DNA of 60,569 nt from Hydrolagus affinis (lineage: Eukaryota): the NCBI GenBank assembly GCA_012026655.1, contig JAAILG010000038.1:124001-184569 (forward strand), given 5' to 3'. Below, one piece after another: positions 48,920-60,569 of the stretch; position 1 is the first letter of the stretch, and every line of letters starts with the position of its first letter. The notes below the pieces were generated by a model, which was given only the letters and a program-made list of their open reading frames with translations, did no database searches and was not told the DNA's origin. Made by a program: the position numbers and the translations under genes.

Positions 48920-50504
48920 TGCATGGGGTGGTGTCTCTTTAGCAGGAATCAACCTACCCTCTACAAAGCAAGGTGTTTTCTTGTTTTGTAACAGGCTGGA
49001 CACAGTAACTCACATTGACCTTGCTCGTGTGGATGTGTGTCTAGGAGAACCTGCCCCGGGGTGATTGGAGGGACGCAGGTTGAAAGCCAGATGAGCACTC
49101 GGCTAATTTATTTCTGAAAAGCTTTCTTCCACAATTGTGTCATGGCTCCAACTTGGGGGAAAAAATGAACAAACGTGAAGGCCGTTGCCATCTGCAGCTT
49201 GGGTTTCTCCTCCAATGGTTCCTCTGCACCAAACCTCCAATGTTACAAAAGAGCCATAAGAGAAGCCCATCCTTTTTCCCTATTGTGGTCAGCTGATCCC
49301 ATTGATCCCCCCCCCCTCTTGGTCATGTCTGGAAACCCACGACATCAGAAAGGTTTTTTTTAAGGCAGAGTCTGTTTCCAGTTTGGTAGGTGACCTGTTT
49401 TGTGTTTTCAGTGTGTCTGGGAACTCCTTAGTGTAATTAGTGACCTTTGAACCGGGGAGTTAATCCCGGGCTGTTTTGTATTCCTTACCCATCTTTAAGG
49501 CCGGTCTTCTCTCCTTTTTTTTTCAGCATCCGTCGCCACAATTAAAGAAGAAACAGCTGCATTTCAAAGGGATTCCGATTCTAGAGGCTTAATCGTGATT
49601 GACAAGTCCTTCTTATTCTGGGCAATAAGAAAACTCTGGGAGTCTTTTCTTCTGCTGAAACTTCAATCATTTTAAAAAATTATCTCATTTGGATTTTATT
49701 CTATTCCTTTTACAACTATTCCACTATACAATTTAAAAAAAAGTTGAAAGATGCTTAGTATTTTGCAGTATATATATGAAACGCATTCATCCAGAGATTG
49801 CAGCCAGGCCTATATTGTTGACGGGGAAGAAGCTGAAATCTATTTAGCCGCACAACACGGTCATAAAACATTGTGCAAATCCTGCAGACGGTCTTCTGTC
49901 ACAACACTTTTATCTATCTGCATAAAGGCAACTTGAAGCACTCCATTCTATGAGCGAAAATGTCCAGGAAGTGTGCACATTACTGTTTTAAGTATTTTCA
50001 CGCTCTTGTAGGGAAAGATGGCATTTTAAAAGATATGGTGTCATGTTAAGAAGATTAGGGAAGAAATTCTGGTGCATTGATTCGTTCTTCCAATGCTTGT
50101 GTTTTCTCTCTCTCTCTCTCTCTCTGGACATTACCACTTGCTAATTATACACCTAAAATATCTAGAAAGGCAATTAGTCTGAGATGGACAAGTGCTGAAG
50201 ATTGGAACAAGACTCAAATTCTCAGTTCATTTTCAATATGTCTGGGTTCTGAAAAGGTAAAAAAAAATTTAATTGCAAAAAGCATTTCATTAATTTATCC
50301 AAACTTGATAAACTTGACAAAATATACAGCCAATTGACAATATATTCTGTCCCAGCGCTTTGAAAAATCAGAAGGACATGATCAAACGTTACATCAGAAG
50401 CAAGGATTATTATTAATTTAAGAAACATATCTTTATCACAGTCATTCGTCAGGTTCTTTTTACCTGTTCAGATTTCCATTAACATTAACCAGATATTGCA
50501 ACAC

Positions 50505-50612
50505 CATGCGTCGCCCACAAATATACTCAATTCACTTTACAGTATATTCTGTGAAGCGCTTTGAGACATTTAAAAGACGTGAAAGCGCTATATCAAATGC
50601 AAGGATTATTAT
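50505..50612 (+). mobile_element. SINE 3' half, low divergence
   Basis: CGCCCACAAATATAC...TGTGAAGCGCTTTGAGAC...AAATGCAAGGATTATTAT. Confidence 0.8.
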
Positions 50613-51334
50613 CATTATAACCATTAATGGCAATGAACCACTTCAGCTGAGAAAGGCACCATTCTTATACTTGTGAGAGGAATATACAGATAAATGATCA
50701 TAAAGTCAGAGTGCCATACAATAGCACTTGGCACATTTCCAATTATAACGGCCAACTTTCACAGACCAAATTATTTAAGTATAAACCCATTAATTTCCTT
50801 TTGTATGCTCGTGCATAATATGTCTCTGGAATTAGCCAGTTTCGCTCTACTAAAACGTGTATCCTAAATCTTCTATTTATCATTGATGTAGTTTTAAGCT
50901 TAAAAGTTATGGCTCTCATGCATAAAATTGTTTTAATATGTATTTTACAAACTGTTCGGGCACTTTTGAAGTTGATTTTAAAATAAAACACCTTTACATT
51001 CCTAATTAAGTAGTGTGACTGTGTTGTATTTCTTCAAGTAATGGTCTCCTAATCCTCGAGTTTAGTTAGAACCCTACATTATTACAGAGGACTTCAAACC
51101 AATTCTAATTTCAATGAAGAAGATGATTTCAATGTGAATTCCATTATTTCTGGTAAGGTTTGTGTATAATTTATTCACTGCACTTCTGTTCACAACCAGA
51201 AACTAATTTTCTTTTTGCCTGCCTGATTCTCAACCCTCATTCTCTGTCCAAAGGGACAAGTCGGCTCCCAAACCTCTTCCATTCTTACTCCCGTTATTGG
51301 AATCTAATTTGAGTTATTTCTTAATGGAAGTCCC

Positions 51335-51612
51335 GTGGAGTATTGGTTAGAGCACTCGCCATGCAAGCAAGAAGACCTGGCTTCAATTCCCAGGCAGGGA
51401 AAAATCCTTAGGCAAGTTTCCTTACTCTACACGCATCTGCTTACCTCGCAGTAAGTAGGAATGTGGTTAGTTTATTGGGGGATTGCTTTCTTTCCAAGGA
51501 TAATAATCCCTCCAAAAACATATATATGTATGATTCAATCTATGATTGTGCACAATTGTTGCCGCATTTCACCCACAAAATACATAGTCAATCCACTTTA
51601 CAATATATACTG
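51335..51612 (+). mobile_element. tRNA-derived SINE, long variant lacking its 3' tail
   Basis: Head, CORE-like segment, poly-G linker, then AATAATCCC...CAATCCACTTTACAATATATACTG. Confidence 0.75.
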
Positions 51613-52119
51613 TTCTCCAAATATGTGTTCACTCCCATCCCGTCCATCCAGTGCTGCCTTTGCCTTCAGCGGTGAAGCTTGGCCACGGGATGTGCTGCCA
51701 AACCTCACGTGGCAGCCATGGTTACAACCTGGGAATAATATCGCTGCTGGCAAGATGGGTCCAACCGAGGAACAGATAGCCTCTCAGCTCCACCGTCCGC
51801 TATATTACAGCTGCTCCCCTGCTGCTATCTCCCATCCAATTTTGTCCAGAAGCAGATTTTGACGGATCACCCTACTTCTGGGCAAAATCGGGCTTGTCAC
51901 GGTAGGTTATAAAAGTAACGAGATTTGTCACGCAATGTCACGCCAAGACAAATCACCAGCCAGAGGATTTTTTTTCCCATCGTGTCTACTATTGATTTAA
52001 GCGTTTGGTCTAAGTTTCCAGCACAAGCAATTAATGGAGTCTCTTACACCGGTCACTCCTGGACTAATTCAAATATGTTTTTAAAAGTTCGAGTTTTAAC
52101 TCATGGACTGGGATACCCT

Positions 52120-52243
52120 CTTGCCTGCCATGTTCGCCCACAAATACACAGTCATTTTACTTCACGGTAAAATCCTGCAAAGTGCTTTGGGTCGTTTTAC
52201 CGGCATGAAAGGCTTCACCAAATGCAAGAGTTATTATTATTAT
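52120..52243 (+). mobile_element. SINE 3' half
   Basis: Shared tail motif. Confidence 0.65.
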
Positions 52244-54419
52244 TCTCTCTTCCTGAATGGTTTAATGGTGTGTTTACCCTGAAGCCGCTTTACTCCTAGC
52301 AGTGGATTGTAATGGGGGCAGGAACAGCAATCTAACTTTCTTCCTAACCACTTTGCATTGCATTGTGGTGAGCGGTTACATCCATAAAGGAAGCAGAGAA
52401 AGGGGCAGAAGGGGTCTCTTTCATAATTTCTCTGGTGAACGATCCACTAGATCCCAAATGGACCACGGGAGTGCAAGCTTAGAGTGATTTGCTCCTCCAT
52501 GCACTTACACTGCAGAGGATGTGAAACAAAATGCAACTGAAAATCACCTCCTTTCAACAGTGTCTGGAATCAGGGCTCGACAGTGGCTAAATCTGCAACA
52601 ATTCATTGTCTTAAATCAAGGATAAACACAATATAGTAAGTGCAAACACACAAGACTGCCTTTTCTACCATTGTTATTAAATTTTGGCATTCTGTAGTTG
52701 AAGCCACAATGTGCTGTAAACCATATTACTGTATTTGACCTTCTGTAGTTGAAGTTACTATCCTAAACACATTGTATCCAAGATTCCTCTTAAGCAGCTA
52801 AGCAAAGAGAATTTAAGACTGCAGGTAGCAGTGTCTGAAACTCTTTAGTGGCATTAATTAGCTTTTAAAAAAAAATCCTTAAAGATATATTTCTTACAAC
52901 TATTTAGCACGGTTTACAATTTGATTTTCACACATCAAACACATCCTTTTTTTTAGAATGATCTTCGTTTGATGATAAAATTGCATTTCTCTGTATATTG
53001 TATGTTTTTTTCAAATCACCGTGAATCATCAGAACGGCGTCGCAAACGTAAAATAAGATGTGGAGTTCGATAGAGGAAGGCGATTAACAAAGATGTCTAT
53101 AAAAGACAATTAACATTGTTCACATTTCAGAGACTTTCTGGGATTACATCTTAAATGCCAGCAAATCAGATTTGCAGCAACTGAAAGTGAAACGGATACT
53201 TCCTTGACTGAAGTTGCAATGGTATCCCATTCCAGGCACCATCAAGCCGGTTAGCTGTATTATCAGATTAGAATACATTGCAGAGGTTGTTATCTGTTCC
53301 TACAAAAGACTACTACTACCAAAAAAAAACTCCTAAGTGTTAGCTGAATTCTGAACCTTTTAACCTGGCTCAAATCCGCTTCTCCCTGTTATGCAAATAC
53401 CTTGAAATCCCCTGGCTAAATTCAGTGGAAATAATTTTTTTGAATGACAGGTTTACTTTGTGTGGATTCAATTGGCTATTAATCCCCCCTTTGATCTAGG
53501 GTATTTTACTAAACTACCAGTTACCTTTTCTGACAGAGTGCTGCCGAGATTAGGGAGATCATTGGAATGCGATCAGGGTGTAGATTTATATTCTCTAACC
53601 TTTCAGAGTGAGGGCAGAGAAAGCAACCTATTTGTAGGATTTGGATGTTGTTCAATGCTGTCACAAGAGTCAGGAAGCCAATTGTAGAAATGTGTGTCCC
53701 TGGTATTTCTTTTAACACTGAAACACCGTGTTTTATTTAACTAACAAGACAGGGGGGGGGGTTTTTTGGTTGGTTGGGGTTGTACATCCCGGCTGATCAG
53801 ATAGCTGTGTCAACAATCAAGCCACCTCACTAAAGGGAAGAGTGTTCTGTATTCAACGCGTAAGATAAAAGCTCTGGGGAAATAAGCAGGTCTCCTATTG
53901 CCTTGTTTTTAAAAAAAACAGCCCCGACAGAGAGGAAGGTTTGAAAAGAACTCAAATCTGACTACTGAAATTGTGTCCACAAAGTCCTCTTACCCCTTGT
54001 TACCAAACAGAGTATGAGACCACAGAGGAGCCGAAACAAGCTGTCAGAGATGTATTTCACCTCCCCACTTCATCCATCTCCCACTTTTGGAAGATATCAC
54101 ACTGAACACAGGTCCTCTGGAAACCGAAATACAGTTAAACATATGTACTGAATGCAATGAAATATTTTTAAATACAATTACCATCATTCTTCCACATGTT
54201 TCAGTTGTTATTTAGCGCTTTGTGTAAAAAAAACATGGGGGTAACATGAGTTTGTGGACACCCAGTAAAATGGACGCTCACTGCCTTTAGCCCAGTCAAG
54301 GGCAGTAGAATCCTTAGCTCCCCTTTCGTGCAGCTTCTCTCAAGAAAGAAGTCTTTCAGGCCAATCGTTTTTCAGTGAACTCAGTGAAAGGCTTCCCTCC
54401 TTCCCCATCAGTGGTTAAA

Positions 54420-54588
54420 CAATAATCTTTGTATTTGTTGTAGCACCTCCACATGTCGTCAATACGCCGCAAAGCACTTCCCAGGATTTGGGCTACAGAG
54501 TTGCAGTGACTGTGTTTTGTATGCAAACGCTTTGGCCAATTCAACTTGCACACAGGTAATGTCCCGCAAACAGTCGATTGGTGAATCA
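54420..54588 (-). mobile_element. SINE 3' half (diverged)
   Basis: Shared tail motif, reverse strand. Confidence 0.65.
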
Positions 54589-54821
54589 CCTCTTCTCTCT
54601 TTAAGCTCTTGGCTTCTGGTCCCCCGGCAAAGTGGTGCTTGTGTCCGGTTGGTGAAGTGAATGAAATAAACCATCGTAAAAACCAGGGTAAGTTGCGCTG
54701 TCAATGTCCACAATCCATGCGTGCGCAATGTTCAGGCCCACGGACAATCCAGGGTATCAGGAGCTTGGCTGTCCTCTTAAGCACATAAGAAAGAGCTGCC
54801 TGTTCTACTAGCTACCTACAC

Positions 54822-55225
54822 ATCCTGCCTGTTTAGGTGGATGTTAAACATCTCACAACACTATTCAAAAAGGGAAAGGTGATGTGATCTCTACATGGCC
54901 AACAAGCCTCCAGTAATATCATTAAATCCATGTCATGGCTGTATGTGTGACATTGCCATGTGGAGATCAGCTAGGAAGTCACATCACCTTATAGCTATTA
55001 CCTGTGAATCGCTGAAATGCTCTGATGATATAGGAGCTACATCACATGCACAATGTCGCACAGGATTTCTGCCAATTGTAGAGGGCATTTCAAGTGGCAT
55101 GGCCGTGGACATCCATTGCGGCTTTTTAATAGTTAAATCCGTGAAGAATTTTCAAAGCTATAGTCTAGATTACATCTTGCTTCAGGACGTCTTCCTGATG
55201 TGAAAGACGCAAAACAAATGTAATT
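54822..55225 (+). mobile_element. Deu-type SINE fragments
   Basis: CCTGCCTGTTTAGGTGGATGTTAAACATCTCACAACACTATTCAAAA... Confidence 0.6.
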
Positions 55226-55485
55226 TTTATATCACAGGAGCAATTCGGAATAACACCTTATTTGTAAATGACTATCTCTATTACGCGAGGATCCTGTTTT
55301 CAACAATCCCCCTTTAAACATAGGAGCACAATCCTTTGAATTCCTAGTGGAATGAATAAGAAACAACCTTTGCATTTAAAAATAGAAGAGGACAGGGGAA
55401 TAATGTGGGTATAGCATGAAACACAGAGTGCTTGCAGATTGGAAGGGTGGCTGAGACAGATAGCACAGTTCTGCATTAGTCTATT

Positions 55486-55500
55486 CTGCCCTCTAGTGGC
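55486..55500 (-). promoter_or_regulatory. CTCF motif
   Basis: Plus strand CTGCCCTCTAGTGGC = GCCACTAGAGGGCAG on minus, matching the consensus core. Confidence 0.65.
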
Positions 55501-56914
55501 TTATTCACCTCACTTCAGGCAAAACGAACAACAGCTCAACAACGAAATGAACCACATACACAAAGACTTTATTATTATCCCTATAAATAAACAGACAGAC
55601 GCAACCTGTATTCCTGTTCAGCGAGCAAACCTGAAAATGTTGAAATAATGCAAGATTAATACAATATTACAGGTCACTGGGTAAGAGAAGGGTGTTTCTC
55701 GCCAAGTGCCATCCCTCTATTCCACCAGATAATATCGATCATTCACCTTGCAGTTGTGACTAGATCATTACTGTGTGCAAAATCATTTTACAAAATCCAA
55801 ACCTTGTTCTTTAGCCTTTGTTCGCATTCCTCCTAGACCCCATTTCCCACCTGTTCCAGTTTCTATTTGTCCCTTATAGAGCATTTACAGACGTTTTCCT
55901 ACGTGGAAAGCACTTTATAGATGCACAGTGTTGTTGTCATTGTTGTCATTATGCAATTGGCTAATTTTCCAGTGTCCTGCCCCACTCATTTCTTTATAAT
56001 TTTCATAGTATTTTACACACAAAATATACAGTATATTCTATGAAGCGCTTTGAGTGGCCTCAAAGACTTCATAAGGCACCATATCAAATTCAAGGAATAT
56101 TTTGCACGTAGCCCTATCTTAATGGAGATGAATAGCTCATTCAAAACTAGTCAAATCTACTGGAACTGAAACCTGAAGACATCACTCAACACTAGGCGAG
56201 ACCTGTTGACTTTAACATTTGATGAATTTCCCCCACACTAAGCACAGTCAAAAACATTCTGCCTTAACAAAGCCATGGAGCAATATTTTAAGTGACCAGG
56301 TCCCTTTTAGGTAGGAAAGATTAATTTCTAATTGCCAAGAATGCCTATTCTGAGATAGCAGGAGAAATTTCTTTCGGATCCTGTGCCTTGTCTAAGGCTT
56401 GGGTTCTGATAGCTCCAAAACTAGTGACAGACCTACAAAAAGGCCTCGATATTATCCCAACAGATAGCGCAGCCCTGTATTTGCTACTGTGAGCAACCAA
56501 CATTGGGCATAAGCTGCTTCCTCGCAGCTGCATCGTATCCATTTCTCTCCAGGATAGGGGAGGTTTGTTCGCTGTGTAATAGAAGAAAGGGCACAGGTGC
56601 CGTCGCTGACTCACTCCAGTTACCTCTCCAAGGGGATCAGGGCTAGTGACTGAATAGCATGAAAGCAGAAGAGAACATGGAACCCAATTAATATCTGAGG
56701 GGAGGGGGGAATGCGGACTGCAGCCTAGGCTGATTGGGAAAAGGCTTACACACACCCTGTCTCAGTGAGGCGCTCTGCCGGATCATTACAACTCAGGCAG
56801 ATCAGCGCTGACAGATTCTTTCCCCATATGGCATAAGGCATCCATGAAGATCCATTGTTACTGTTTACACTCGGCGGAGGGTTGAGCTGGTTACAATCCC
56901 AACAATTTTATTTA

Positions 56915-57660
56915 AGGGATTATTGGCAAGGACACCAGGAGAGAGAAACTCACTTCTCTTTTCGAACAGTGCCATGGGATCTTTAACATCCACCTGAGCA
57001 GTTGGACGGGGCCTTGGTTGACTGTGGTTGTGTTGTGAGTGTCCTTTGTGTATATACAGTACCAATTCCATAAATACATAGAAAAGAAACATGCCTCATG
57101 GCCCAGCGCATCCACTCCTGGAGGTGTCGCTCCGTTTCACTTCCCACCCAATATTGTAGCTACACTTTCCCCTCGTTGACAACTCACTGACTTCCCAAGG
57201 GAAGCCTACACAAGTGTAGACAGTGATCGTCAGCCAGGCTCACCAGGTAGCATTCTCATTTATGAAGGTTGAGACTATGAGCTCATATAGTCCAGGCTGA
57301 CACCATGCGGCGGTTGTGAGGGGTGGGGGTGGGGGGGTTGGGTGGGGGGAACTCTGAGTTGCTGGAAGTGACCCCCAGCTCGGGTCTGAAACATTGTCTG
57401 TCCAATGCCTTGGGATGTCCTCCTGACGTGAAAGGCGCTATACAAGTGAAATGTTGTTGTTATCCTTCAGAGAGTCCTGATTTGCCTGCTCAAGTGGACG
57501 TTGAAGATTTCGAACAGTTTCTCCCGTATGCTAGGCAGATAAAATTGCTCACACACTTCATGGCTGTTTGTGGGACATTGTTGTGTGGAAATTGACTGCT
57601 GCGTTTCACCACCGCCAAACACTTTCAGAGCAAATTCTGTGAAGCATTTCGAGACAATCA
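56915..57660. mobile_element. Cluster of Deu-type SINE pieces (minus about 56915-57020; plus about 57220-57660)
   Basis: TTGGCAAGGACACCAGGAGAG...GTGCCATGGGATCTTTAACATCCACCTG; tail GGGATGTCCTCCTGACGTGAAAGGCGCTATACAAGTG. Confidence 0.7.
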
Positions 57661-59544
57661 TTCTCGGTGTAAAACTTGCAATACAGTAAATCTGACTGTC
57701 CAGCAGAGGGAACCTTTCTATCAGTTTGACTCTTTCAGCTCATCTGTATCAACCACTTATTAACACCCAACCCCTGAGAGACTGTATATAAACCACTTTG
57801 CATTATCCTGGGTACACAGTGTTTGGCGTGGGGCGAACAGCAAACATTCAATACGAACAAATAATACTTGTATCAAGTGAAGTGATAAGGTGTCACTTCT
57901 TGGCAACAGAAAAGAGTTAGATGCAATTCTGACTCAGGCCTGCTCTGGCTGTTTTACTACTGTTTTACAAATGATGATATCACATTAATTTTAGGTCATC
58001 TAATAATACGCAGGGCTAATTTTTCAACACTCTATCCTTATTCGGGGGCCCTCAGACTTCAGGGTCCTAAATCATGTTGATTAATTGGTTAATCAAATTG
58101 CTTGGGACATTCTCCTGATGTGAAAGACGCTATACAAGTGTAATTTTGTTGTTGGTTTTGTTGTTAATCCAGCCCTGTCACCTGGACTCCCGCTCCATCT
58201 CTGTGAAGCTCTTTGAGATGTTTCCCGATGTGAAAGGGTCTATACAGTGCTGGGTGTTATTGTTGTTACACACCATGGTTAATCTAAGGGGAAAGGAGCA
58301 GCTTTAACACAGTACATGAAGTGCACAAGTCTTTATACACACAGTCATTAGCGGGATTCACCGCAGGTGTAATCTTTTAGCTAATTCTGGCTAACAGGTT
58401 ACATTATTACGTGTGAAACGTGCTGTGAAGCACGAAGCATTTTGGATTGTTTGTAACCAAACTTCACATGAATGACAATCAAGCTGAGCTGAGCCAGCCA
58501 GCTTGATGTGCAACGTGGTCAGTGAAAGACTTTATTTTTGGTCAACCGAATGACTGACTCCTGTGGAAACCCAACACCGTGTTTAAGCGATTCCAAACCA
58601 AGCTGGGATTTCCATGCATCCCACCTATACATGGAAATAACATAGGTAGATTGTTGGAACTGAATGCTCACTCTCTCCCTGCAAGGACACATCCAGCTTA
58701 CCTAATTCCTGAAAGTATTAGGTGCAGGTTGGCAAGAACCAAGGCTTGGGGACCCCAGAGCGTGCGTTGGGGTACTGCTGGAATCTAACCAGCTAAAACC
58801 ACATAGCTTGCTACTGTTATTGCTATCCAACAAGCTTTCCTTTTGCTTGTCCAGCTGCTCATTGGGGCTTTAGCTTGTAGGGTTAACAGGAGCTAAGTGG
58901 GATGACTTCCTGCCCCCCAGTGACTGGTCTGCCCTTCCAGGTCCAGCTGATGAGCCTGGAATACTGCGGACCTGCCCGGCTCAGGAACCAGCCTGGAGAC
59001 CGCCACAGAGAGTTGGCTTAATTCTGAAATTCCGTTGCCAGGCATATCACTTTGAAGCCAGTTCAGTTCCATAGAGACACCACTTACCGCCTCCAAAGAG
59101 GAAAGTCACCAGTTGGTTGTTCAACATACGACAATCAAATGGGCTTGAGCTTCACTAGGTAGATGGTAGATACAAGGAACTCCCTGCAAGATTCCCACTG
59201 CCTTAAAGATTTCTAGCGCTCAGCACTGAGCAGTTTTTGGGGAATGTACACTGATCTCACAAGCCAGGGCACAGATCCTCTTAAGAGTATCTTTGCCTAG
59301 ACAAGGTTAGCAGAGCCCACTCCAGTTGGTCAGAGCCATTTGATGTGCACCATGTGTATTTGGATCCATAGATCCTGCAACTACCTGATCCGCATGGAAA
59401 CACAAGTGCATTTCCACTAGGGTGGGGGTCATTGGACTATGATCAGGCATGACCCCTGCCTCCGCACTCCCACCACCCCAATTGATATACAGTATAATAC
59501 TATAATCCTCTTGAATTTAACATAGAACCTTTATCATATAATTG

Positions 59545-59665
59545 AGGCGCATAAACAGAAGCATGTGGAATAAGGAAACTTGCCTATGGTTTTGTGTCAC
59601 CTGGTAAACGAACCCAGGTCCTCTCGCTTGTGAGGCAAGCGAACTAACCACTATACCCAGAGCTC
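59545..59665 (-). mobile_element. tRNA-derived SINE head
   Basis: AAACAGAAGCATGTGGAATAAGGAAACTTGCC...CGAACCCAGGTCCTCTCGCTTG...CTAACCACT. Confidence 0.75.
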
Positions 59666-59964
59666 CGATTTGAAGCTTCCATAGCATTGGCACTGCCCCT
59701 GCTGAGACCAGTTAAATGCGTACAGCTTGTTAACACATTCACTTGAGCAGGTTTACTTACTTTTTGCAAACCAAGGAATATGTATGTATCTTGGCAGCCA
59801 GCCTGCACTTCAGCTGCAGAGTTCATCTAACCAGCCTGTCTCAGAGAATTGATGGCAAGGAATTGCGGAAAGAGATGAAAGCTTAGCCTATTTACCCAGA
59901 ACCTGACAGCCTGATGATCTTAATGCATTAAATGATTTAATGAATGCATTAAATGGGTGTAATA

Positions 59965-60212
59965 AGTGGTTATTGGCCACACTATATTCAATGGAGAAAC
60001 TCCTTTCTCTTTTCAGATTGTCCCATGGGATCCTTAAACGTCCACCTGAACAAGCAGATGGGATTTAGGTTTAAATTATTATGCGTATACAATAATTCTT
60101 GCATTTGATATGGCGCCTTAGCCCATCAGTGAGACACCTCAAAGACCTTTGCAGAATATACTGTAAATGAATTGCCTGTATATTTTTTAAGGGGAAAATG
60201 CAGCAGCCAACA
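59965..60212 (-). mobile_element. Deu-type SINE fragment plus SINE tail
   Basis: CCATGGGATCCTTAAACGTCCACCTGAACAAGCAGATGG; TTCTTGCATTTGATATGGCGCCTTA. Confidence 0.7.
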
Positions 60213-60254
60213 TACGACAGTGGTACATATATGGTAGCTATCAATCTATTTCCT

Positions 60255-60569
60255 CGATCTGTCTATCTCTCTTTGTCCATCTCTTTCTCTCTCTCGTCAG
60301 TTTTTCTATGCGAATGTCTGCGTCCATCAGTGGAAAATTGTGCATCACATTCCCTTGCTATTTCCCATATCTCTTCCCTCACATTCTCACTCTTCCCCCC
60401 ACTTCACACTGAGTCAGCCACACTCGGTCAGTCTCTGCCAATTGCCTACATTTCCCTTGTGAAACACACACTATCTCTTTTCTTTAACCTCTTTCTTACC
60501 ACCCACTCGCAAACACAATTGTTTCTCCCACGTTCCCTTCTTAGCTTCTCAGTATCAGAGTCCTTCTCA
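60255..60569. repeat. Pyrimidine-rich (CT) low-complexity tract
   Basis: Strong C/T skew with degenerate (CT)n and (CA)n. Confidence 0.55.

Noticed and set aside
46200-60569. Expected neighbour NAA30 or another coding gene
   Set aside because: No recognisable coding exons or second CpG island seen; the region looks intergenic.

Overview
Vertebrate genomic DNA, AT-rich, most likely from a cartilaginous fish and possibly a chimaera. That assignment is inferred from the tRNA-derived and Deu-type SINEs with LINE2-like tails and a CR1 fragment; it is not proven. The window holds two complete, intact housekeeping genes head-to-head on a CpG-island bidirectional promoter, with their ATGs about 412 bp apart. 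EXOC5 (exocyst Sec10) is on the minus strand: 18 coding exons, 36012->11378, 711 aa. AP5M1/MUDENG (AP-5 mu subunit) is on the plus strand: 8 coding exons, 36425->45719, 498 aa. All introns I traced are GT-AG and phase-consistent. The rest is dense with SINE and LINE2 fragments, plus a CR1 3' fragment and a TA-flanked Tigger/pogo-like MITE, each nested inside a SINE. The most novel signal is a chain of exon-like blocks on the minus strand at about 1.6-7.5 kb, downstream of EXOC5. They have canonical splice sites, largely compatible phases and scattered stop codons, suggesting an unannotated decayed gene for a Cys-rich membrane protein. Two convergent CTCF motifs bracket the gene pair, and repeat-free motif-rich blocks at 49-59 kb look like developmental enhancers. 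No prokaryotic systems, CRISPR arrays, rRNA or intact tRNA genes were found.
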